Assembly: GCA_001600695.1 (NCBI GenBank)
Contig: BCKQ01000004.1
Location: forward strand, 568,088-632,087
Origin: Ascoidea asiatica JCM 7603
Taxonomy: Eukaryota; Fungi; Ascomycota
Direction of reading: 5' to 3'
Length of the DNA stretch: 64,000 bases
The position numbers and the translations under genes are program-made. Positions 56,179 through 64,000 of the stretch are shown in pieces. Each line of letters opens with the position of its first letter. Position 1 is the first letter of the stretch. Below the pieces are notes generated by a model, which saw only the letters and a list, made by a program, of their open reading frames with translations, did no database searches and was not told where the DNA came from.

Positions 56179-57291
56179 ATGGCTGATATTGATGCAAGTA
56201 AAGTAAAAATTACAAAAGCAAAAACTTTAAAAGAATTATTACCAAATAATGATTTAGTTTTTGGTCAAACTTTTACTGATCATATGTTAACAATTGAATG
56301 GGAAGAAGAAAAAGGTTGGTTAAATCCAGAAATTAAACCATATGGTCCATTAGTTTTAGATCCTTCATGTTGTGTATTTCATTATGCTTTTGAATTATTT
56401 GAAGGTATGAAAGCATATAAAGATTCAAATGGTAAAATTAGAATTTTTAGACCTGATATGAATATGATAAGAATGAATAAAAGTGCTCAAAGAATTTGTT
56501 TACCAACTTTTAAAAGTGAAGAATTAATTAAATTAATTGGTAATTTAATTAAAATTGATGAAAGATTTATACCTGAAGGTGAAGGTTTTTCTCTTTATAT
56601 TAGACCAACTTTAATTGGTACAACTGCTGGAGTTGGTGTTCATCATCCTGATAAAGCTTTACTTTATGTAATATTATCTCCTGTTGGTCCATATTATAAA
56701 ACTGGTTTTAAGGCTGTTTCTTTAGAAGCAACTGATTATGCTACAAGAGCTTGGCCTGGAGGTTGTGGTGATAAAAAATTAGGTGCAAATTATGCCCCTT
56801 GTATCTTACCACAATTACAAGCTGAAAAAAGAGGTTATCAACAAAATCTTTGGGTTTTTGGTCCAAATCATTATATTACTGAAGTTGGTACAATGAATGT
56901 ATTTTTTGTTCTAAAAGATTCAAAATCTGGTAAAAATGAATTAGTTACCGCTCCTTTAGATGGTACAATCCTTGAAGGTGTTACAAGAGATTCAATTGTT
57001 AACTTAGCTAAAGAAAGATTAGATCCAAATGATTGGATTGTAAGTGAAAGATATTACTCAATTGATGAAGTTGCTGAAAAAGCTTCAAAAGGTGAATTAA
57101 TTGAAGCTTTTGGTTCTGGTACTGCTGCTGTTGTTTCTCCAATTAAAATCATAGGCTGGAAAGGTAATGATATTGAAGTACCTCTTTTACCTGGTAAAGA
57201 ATATGGTCAATTAACTAAAACTGTTCAACAATGGATTATGGAAATTCAATATGGTAAAATTGAACATCCTTGGTCTCATGTTGTTGCATAA
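56179..57291 (+). CDS. BAT2: Branched-chain amino acid aminotransferase (no presequence; cytosolic Bat2-like)
   Basis: FGQTFTDHML, FEGMKAY, YIRPT, KKLGANYAP, EVGTMN, ILEGVTRDS, FGSGTAA. Confidence 0.93.
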   Translation: MADIDASKVKITKAKTLKELLPNNDLVFGQTFTDHMLTIEWEEEKGWLNPEIKPYGPLVLDPSCCVFHYAFELFEGMKAYKDSNGKIRIFRPDMNMIRMNKSAQRICLPTFKSEELIKLIGNLIKIDERFIPEGEGFSLYIRPTLIGTTAGVGVHHPDKALLYVILSPVGPYYKTGFKAVSLEATDYATRAWPGGCGDKKLGANYAPCILPQLQAEKRGYQQNLWVFGPNHYITEVGTMNVFFVLKDSKSGKNELVTAPLDGTILEGVTRDSIVNLAKERLDPNDWIVSERYYSIDEVAEKASKGELIEAFGSGTAAVVSPIKIIGWKGNDIEVPLLPGKEYGQLTKTVQQWIMEIQYGKIEHPWSHVVA

Positions 57292-57490
57292 TTATATATT
57301 ATTTAATTATCAATATATTTCATAGAATTTATCATGTAATATAATACAAGTAGAAAATTCAATTCTCACTATTTTATCAATAACCCTAATCTTAATCTAA
57401 TTTCTATATAAACTATATATATATATATGTAAAGAATCAATTTAGAGAACAAATATAAATTAAATATAAAATCAATAAAAGCTATGTATA

Positions 57491-58912
57491 TTAAATATCA
57501 ATGGTTTTATTAATTTGAATTTTTTTATCTTCACCACCTGCTACAATTCCAATATCATTACTCCAATCAATACTAAATACTTTATTATTCTCTTTTTTTA
57601 AATTATTTTCCCTTTTAATTGTAAATAAACTTTTATTTGATCTTATATCCCATATTTTAACAGTACTATCATAACTACCACTTGCAAAAATATAATCATT
57701 TTTTGGATTTTTAGCTAATGATACAACAAAATTTGAATGTCCAATTAATTGATTACTTATAATTTTATTATTTTCTCTTGGATCATGAATTATGATATGT
57801 CTTGCAGATGATCCACAAATAATTAAATTTAATTTATCTAATTTTAATATTGATAATAATGAAAAATTTGTAAATTTTGTATCTATACATCGATTAACCA
57901 TCAAATCCCAGGTTTTTATTGAATGATCTTGAGAGCATGAATAAATAATATCATTATCATCATTATCAAATATTAAATCTTCAACAATTGATTTATGACC
58001 ATCTAAATAACCTAATGGTGACCTTCTACGAATATATTCATCTTTAATCATCAATTTTCTTCTTTTTTTTGAAGCTGTTGAAGTAATATTGTTTTCTTTT
58101 AGATCATTATTCAATGTAATTGAATTCATTTCTTTATAATTTGTTGACCATATACCAATAGTTTTATCTGAACTTGCTGATAATATTTTATTTCCAGTAT
58201 TATTAACTGCAAGTTTAACAACCGGATATTTATGACCTTCTAATATAGCTAAAGTTTTACCTTCACCTATATTTTCATCATCATCATCATCTTCTTCAAT
58301 TTGCTTATTTCCATTACTATTATTTGAAGAGTTTAAATTTTTTAGTTTCCATAATCTTAAAGTATTATCATTACCACAAGATACAATTTTTGTATTTGAA
58401 ATCCATTTAACATCCTTTATTGCATTAGAATGTCCACTGAATTGTTTTTCAACTTTCCCACTTTGATTCCAAATTCTTACAATTCCATCATATGAACCAG
58501 TCAATATTCTACTATTATCATTATCACTATTATTATCATTGAATTTACTTATATGAACAGAAGAAACCCAATCATCATTGTTAAAAGATGCTAGAAATGA
58601 TGGAGGTAATATACTTCTTTTATATTCTAAATTCAATGTAAGTTCATTACTTAAACCTTTTTTAATTAAATAATCTTGAATTGATTCTGTTAAAATTTCA
58701 GAATCTACTAAAAAATCAAATGGGACAATTTTATATTCATCATCTTCAAGTTCATTTTTTTCTTGGATTAATTTATTCACAATTTCTGATAAACCAAATC
58801 TTTTTAAAGAGATTGGAACATATAAAGGTAATTCTGGTGCTTGTAATGATTCATCAGCTTCTTTAGTAAAGAATTTTATCTTAATTTGTGATTTACTTTG
58901 ATCTTCATCCAT
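57491..58912 (-). CDS. YTM1: Ribosome biogenesis WD40 protein Ytm1
   Basis: NLE domain (IKFFT, LKRFGLSEIVN, PFDFLVD), DWVSS, SCSQDHSIKTWDL, CGSSARHI. Confidence 0.95.
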   Translation of the reverse strand: MDEDQSKSQIKIKFFTKEADESLQAPELPLYVPISLKRFGLSEIVNKLIQEKNELEDDEYKIVPFDFLVDSEILTESIQDYLIKKGLSNELTLNLEYKRSILPPSFLASFNNDDWVSSVHISKFNDNNSDNDNSRILTGSYDGIVRIWNQSGKVEKQFSGHSNAIKDVKWISNTKIVSCGNDNTLRLWKLKNLNSSNNSNGNKQIEEDDDDDENIGEGKTLAILEGHKYPVVKLAVNNTGNKILSASSDKTIGIWSTNYKEMNSITLNNDLKENNITSTASKKRRKLMIKDEYIRRRSPLGYLDGHKSIVEDLIFDNDDNDIIYSCSQDHSIKTWDLMVNRCIDTKFTNFSLLSILKLDKLNLIICGSSARHIIIHDPRENNKIISNQLIGHSNFVVSLAKNPKNDYIFASGSYDSTVKIWDIRSNKSLFTIKRENNLKKENNKVFSIDWSNDIGIVAGGEDKKIQINKTIDI

Positions 58913-59564
58913 TTTGAGTCTGTATTTTTCTGTATATTTTCTACTTTTGTCTATTTTCGCTTTATTATTTTTTTTCCCTCTATCCTATATCTAGTTCAAT
59001 ACTAACTCCAACTACAATAAATATAAACACAAAAATCAAAAACCAACAATTCACTTCCAGCTCTTTGAATTCTCTGGGCCAAACTCAAAATAAAAAAAAA
59101 TTTCTGAAATTTCATCAAAATTATTTTTTTTTGTCAAATCTCAAAAGGGAAATCCGTAGAAGGACCGCGGCACGGAATTTTAAATAAGCCTTTGCGGAAA
59201 ATGCGAGAATCCGGGTTCAGGAACTGAAATTGTTGTGAACAACAAGTAAATTAACAGAGAATAAAAGTATTCGGAGATCAAAGTGCAGTGTTTTGATATT
59301 TACAAAACAAATAAAATAAAGGTCAATTGAAGTCAATTTAGTTCAATCAGTTGATATAAAAAATCAGTTATAGAGGTATTATTAACAGGTGTAGTTCTTT
59401 TTTGAAAAATCACTGATTGCATAATCTCAAAAGTCAATATTCTTAAATTATATCCCTTGCTTTAATCTGTCCAATTCTATAAATTGCTAGAAAATTGTTA
59501 ATAATTAGCATATTAAGAAGAAAAAAAAATTAGTTAAATAATCGAGTAATAATAGAATAGAGAA

Positions 59565-61511
59565 ATGGTTTTGCTTCAAATTAAGAATCTCATAGGTTCT
59601 TTATTATTATTTTCTCTTCTAGTAATTAATATTGAAGCCTTTTATTTACCTGGTGTAGCTCCAACAAATTATCATGAAGGAGATTCTATTCCATTATTAG
59701 TAAATCATATAACTCCAACTAATAGTAATAATCCAAACAAGAATAGTAATGGCAAGGAATCAAAAACATATGTTTATTCATTTGATTATTATTTTCCAAA
59801 ATTTCATTTTTGTAGACCAAAAGATGGTAAATTAGAAAAGCAATCTGAAAGTTTAGGCTCAATTATATTTGGTGATAGAATTTTTAATTCACCTTTTGAA
59901 ATTGAAATGTTAAAAAATCAATCTTGTACTTCATTATGTTCTGCTACTTATACAAAAGATGATTCATTATTTATAAATAAAATCATAAGAAGTGGTTATT
60001 CTCATAATTGGTTAGTTGATGGTTTACCAGCTGCAAAACCATTATATGATACAAGAACAAAATCTGAATTTTATGGTTCAGGTTTTGAAGTTGGTTTATT
60101 AGATCAAGGTAATGTTGCACATTTAGCTAATCATTATGATATTCAAATTGAATATCATCAAAGAGGTCCAGATAATTTTAGAGTTGTTGGAGTTACAATT
60201 CAACCATATTCTTGGGATAGAAAATTAAATAATGAAAATCAAGAAGAAAATGAAAAAAATGATTTATGTAATATTAACAATAATTTTGATCCAATTTTTT
60301 TAGATATTGGTAAAGATACTGAAGTTCAATTTTCATATTCTGTTCATTTCATTGAAAGTGAAGTTTCTTGGGCAACAAGATGGGATAAATATTTACATGT
60401 TTATGATCCAAAAATTCAATGGTTTTCATTAATTAATTTTTCTTTGATTGTTTTATGTTTATCATTAGTTATTGGACATATTTTAATCAAAACTTTAAAA
60501 AATGATATTTCAAAATATAATAATATTGATTTAAGTGAAGATATTCAAGAAGAAAGTGGATGGAAATTAGTTCATGGTGATGTTTTTAGATCACCAAAAA
60601 ATAGATTACTATTATCAATATTTGTTGGTAGTGGAGTACAATTATTTTTAATGTCATTCGTTACAATAATATTTTCATTATTTGGTTTATTATCACCAGC
60701 TAATAGAGGTTCATTAGCAACCGTAATGTTTATTTTATATGCATTATTTGGATTTATTGGATCTTTTATATCTGGATTTATTTATAAATTTTTTAATGGA
60801 GAAAATTGGAAATTGAATTTAATATTAACCCCAATTTTAGTACCAGGTTTGATTTTTTTAGTATTTATTGGTTTGAATTTTTTTTTAATTTATGCAAAAT
60901 CATCAGGGGCAATACCAATTGGCACAATGTTTGCAATTGTTGGAATTTGGTTTTTAATATCTTTTCCATTATCAATATTTGGATCATTATTATCATTTAA
61001 AAATGTGAAATTTTTAGATAAACCTGTGAAAACAAATCAGATTCCAAGACAAATACCAAAGGAACCAATTTATTTAAAATTACCAATAATTTCATTAATT
61101 AGTGGAATTTTTCCATTTGGTTCAATGGCAGTTGAAATTTATTTTATTTATACATCAATTTGGTTTAATAGAATTTATTATATGTTTGGATTTTTATTTT
61201 TTTGTTTTTTATTAATGACAATAACATGTTCATTAATAAGTATATTAATGATTTATTATACATTATGTTTTGAGAATTATAAATGGGAATGGAGATCATT
61301 TATTATTAGTGGTAGTTGTTCAATTTATGTATTTATTCATTCATTATTTTTAATTAAATTTGATCAATTAGGTGGATTTGTGAGTTTTATATTATATTTG
61401 GGATATTCATTAATGATTAGTTTTTTAATGTTTATATTATGTGGATCAATTGGATTCATTTCTAATTTCTTTTTTGTTAAAAAGATATATGGATCGATCA
61501 AAGTGGATTAA
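59565..61511 (+). CDS. EMP70: Transmembrane-9 superfamily protein Emp70/Tmn
   Basis: Signal peptide then FYLPGVAP, ESLGSIIFGDRI, WATRWDKYL, ESGWKLVHGDVFR, C-terminal IYGSIKVD. Confidence 0.95.
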   Translation: MVLLQIKNLIGSLLLFSLLVINIEAFYLPGVAPTNYHEGDSIPLLVNHITPTNSNNPNKNSNGKESKTYVYSFDYYFPKFHFCRPKDGKLEKQSESLGSIIFGDRIFNSPFEIEMLKNQSCTSLCSATYTKDDSLFINKIIRSGYSHNWLVDGLPAAKPLYDTRTKSEFYGSGFEVGLLDQGNVAHLANHYDIQIEYHQRGPDNFRVVGVTIQPYSWDRKLNNENQEENEKNDLCNINNNFDPIFLDIGKDTEVQFSYSVHFIESEVSWATRWDKYLHVYDPKIQWFSLINFSLIVLCLSLVIGHILIKTLKNDISKYNNIDLSEDIQEESGWKLVHGDVFRSPKNRLLLSIFVGSGVQLFLMSFVTIIFSLFGLLSPANRGSLATVMFILYALFGFIGSFISGFIYKFFNGENWKLNLILTPILVPGLIFLVFIGLNFFLIYAKSSGAIPIGTMFAIVGIWFLISFPLSIFGSLLSFKNVKFLDKPVKTNQIPRQIPKEPIYLKLPIISLISGIFPFGSMAVEIYFIYTSIWFNRIYYMFGFLFFCFLLMTITCSLISILMIYYTLCFENYKWEWRSFIISGSCSIYVFIHSLFLIKFDQLGGFVSFILYLGYSLMISFLMFILCGSIGFISNFFFVKKIYGSIKVD

Positions 61512-61683
61512 TGCAGTAAGTAATCATTATTGCAGTAATATATAATAATATATAATGATAATATATAACATAATAACAAGGATAATAATAATAATAATAA
61601 TAATAATAATATGAATAAAATAGACTGTCATTATATAAATGAGATATAAAATATATAGAGATTTAAAAAAAGATACTACCTAA

Positions 61684-62166
61684 TCACTTTCTTTCTTTTA
61701 ATAGTTTATTTCTTTTTTCTTTTTTCTTTAATCTATCAATTTTCTTTTGGTTAAATTTTTTCTGTAAAATTAGTAATTGTTCTTTTTCTTTTATTGCTTC
61801 ATTACGTTTTTTAATTGAATTAATTTTTTCTAATTTTTTTTCTAATTTTTCATCTTTCAATTGCTTAAATTTTTCATCAATTTGTTTTTTCTTTAATCTT
61901 TCATTTTTTTTAAATTCCCATGAATTTAGTTTTTTATTTATATTTAAAGATTTTATTCTTACTGGTTGTTTTTTAATTTTCCAATCTTTTCCTATTGTTT
62001 TTTTTTTCAAAAAGTTTAATATGTTAGTTATTTGAAATTTATTTATAATTTGTTATTTGCAAAATAATTAGAAAATATAAGACTTACCATTCACTCTTGA
62101 ACCTTGTGAAATGGACTCTTTTTTAGAATCTATGATACTCGATATTGAGTTAGTTGTTTCTGACAT
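61684..62166 (-). CDS. CGR1: rRNA-processing protein Cgr1; exons 62166-62088 and 61991-61684
   Basis: Intron 62087-61992 (GTAAGT...AACTAAC...TAG) restores GSRVNG/KDWK; Lys-rich tail ending KKEKRNKLLKER. Confidence 0.9.
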
Positions 62167-62456
62167 ATTTGAATAAAAATATTTGACTTTTATCTTGGAT
62201 TTATAAAGAAAGATAATTAAATGAGTAAAAATCAATAAATATACTGTGTTTTATTGATTTCAATTTATTTCAATTTCGGAAATTAATAAAAATTGATAGA
62301 GAAATAAATAAAATTTTAACAAAAACAGAATAACCAATTAAATGGATACAAACTTATCACCTGATATAAAACTAAACCCATTATTATGGCGATGTTAAAG
62401 CACATGATACTTACTGTTACTATTGATTGTTAATCATTTTATTGTTTCAGTAGCAT

Positions 62457-62908
62457 TGTCGTCGAATATTCTAGGCTATTCTTAGACTTTCTAAGACTGC
62501 ATAGATTGTTTTACGTTTACATTCTATTGCGTTCTCAGAATTTCCGTGTGCATGTTAAATGTACTAGAACGTTCTGGGTCTGTATTATTTATTCTTTCAT
62601 CGAAGTTCTGTGTGCATCTCGAATGTACTGGAATCTTCGTGTTTGTTCTTAGAATGACGTAGTGTCTTATAGAACAATACTTTATACTATTTCTTTTCTT
62701 AAGTATGGGAAGTGAACTTTCACATACTAAATTTACAAATTTATTTTTATGATGGGTTACCCCTTTTATTTTCCACTAATATAAATAGGGCACTTACCTC
62801 CCATATTTTTTATATAATTTTTATATATTTTATATTTTAATTAACAATTGTTTATAATTTGATTTAGATATCTTCTTAGTAATAATTAGATATTTCGTTC
62901 GAACTACA
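62457..62908. mobile_element. Probable solo LTR (~450 bp)
   Basis: TGTCGTCGAA...TTCGAACTACA (TG..CA with an imperfect terminal inverted repeat), internal 37-bp direct repeat, TATAAATAGGG. Flanks AGCAT/ATCAC match only 3/5. Confidence 0.55.
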
Positions 62909-63129
62909 ATCACTATGGCTTCATGGATGCACGCGGTGTTTAATATGGGAACGAGACATAATGAATTTCAAAATGGAAATAAATATAATCATATACAGAG
63001 AGAAATTATTAGAAATGAAGAAATTATCTATATTAAACAAAATAAAATATAAAAAATACAGCCTTTGTAAACAAGATTAGGTTTCAATCAAATTAAACTT
63101 TTGATTTTTCTGCTAAGGAAAAATGTAGT

Positions 63130-63843
63130 AGCACTTATTGGAAAATAATCTTTATTAAAAAATTCGTAACTCAGTTGGCATTTCACTAGAAACATTAACA
63201 TATTTTCTCAAAATTATATCCAAATCTTTTATGGTGTTTCCTTTTGAATGCGAAAAAAAAGTTTTCGCTTTAATTTTTTTAAAATTAATTTAGTCCCTGA
63301 AGTTAATTGAACTATTGATTTATAATGATTTGTTGAAATGGCAATCATACCTAACTCTATTGTCCAATGATAAGAGTAATAAAAGTATTCTACACCACTT
63401 CGATTTTCCCTAACTTCTTTAATTAAATTTTTAGCTTTGTCTATCGATTCAAGTAGAGAAGCAATTTTATTGTTACAATCAAGGCTCAAACTAATATTTT
63501 CAAGTAAATGGTCAAGTCCTAATTGAAGACTTTGAAAACAAGAATTTCCAAACATAGAAAAAGTATTACTCCCAACAGCCAAAAATAGACCAAGTGAATT
63601 CATGAAACCGTTTGGTGAAATAGTTTTGGAATCATTAAATAATTTATTTTTACCATAAAGGTAACATATTTGTTAAAAAAATCATAATCAATTTCAAAGA
63701 TCTTTCAATATTTGTTTTTAAATTGGAATCATGTTTAAAGTCATTTTCCCTTCTGATTTGCTTTTATACTGATGTTTATTTGCAATTAAATCAATGTTGA
63801 AGTTTTCTGAATTTTCGAATACTAATAATTTTTCAAAATCCAT
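63130..63843 (-). pseudogene. Decayed ORF of unknown origin
   Basis: The 124-aa ORF 63229-63603 can be extended upstream to an ATG at 63843 and downstream via frameshifts and stops; no recognisable motif. Confidence 0.45.
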
Positions 63844-64000
63844 AATTATATTTGAATATCTATTTTTAGGAACCAAAACTTTTTGATTACAGATTTTTAA
63901 TTATTTAATAATTATCAATAAATTAAAAAAAAAAAATTAGTGAACAGTCTTCTTTTCTATTAATTTTTGGAAACAACATATTTGAGTTAAAAAATTATAT

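Noticed and set aside
7979-61000. Many 60-110 aa ORFs overlapping real genes (poly-Ile/Leu peptides)
   Set aside because: Alternative-frame or antisense shadows of AAT/GAT repeats in AT-rich CDSs.
62790-62801. ACTTACCT resembling the U1 snRNA 5' end
   Set aside because: No U1 stem-loops follow; it lies inside the LTR candidate.

Overview
This is extremely AT-rich nuclear DNA from a budding yeast (Saccharomycotina). The poly-Asn-laden proteins, TACTAAC-type introns and very rare CTG codons resemble Ascoidea, but that assignment is an inference. The window holds about 25 protein-coding genes: CAT2, VPS71, UBP2, MSW1, RRN11, CCC2, ATP17, LSM6, GET3, a mitochondrial hypothetical, a ceramide synthase, a CYB2-like gene, APC2, TSR2, an ammonium transporter, DIP2, a peroxisomal-type Lon, TRS85, a CCHC zinc-knuckle gene, DMC1, TMS1, BAT, YTM1, EMP70 and CGR1. 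The ORF track misses several things: (i) a ~1.35-kb element bounded by 35-bp terminal inverted repeats that carries a decayed host-like ORF (Pack-MULE-like candidate); (ii) a 6-exon DMC1 and a 2-exon CGR1; (iii) a probable solo LTR rich in heat-shock-element-like motifs, next to an orphan pseudogene; (iv) GC-rich, palindrome-dense promoter islands between AT-saturated CDSs. Notable protein oddities are a presequence-less flavocytochrome b2 ending in SKL, a Cu-ATPase with DKTNT in place of DKTGT, and a 3-knuckle Gis2 derivative with a prion-like N/Y/S domain upstream of DMC1. I recognised no tRNA, rRNA or CRISPR.
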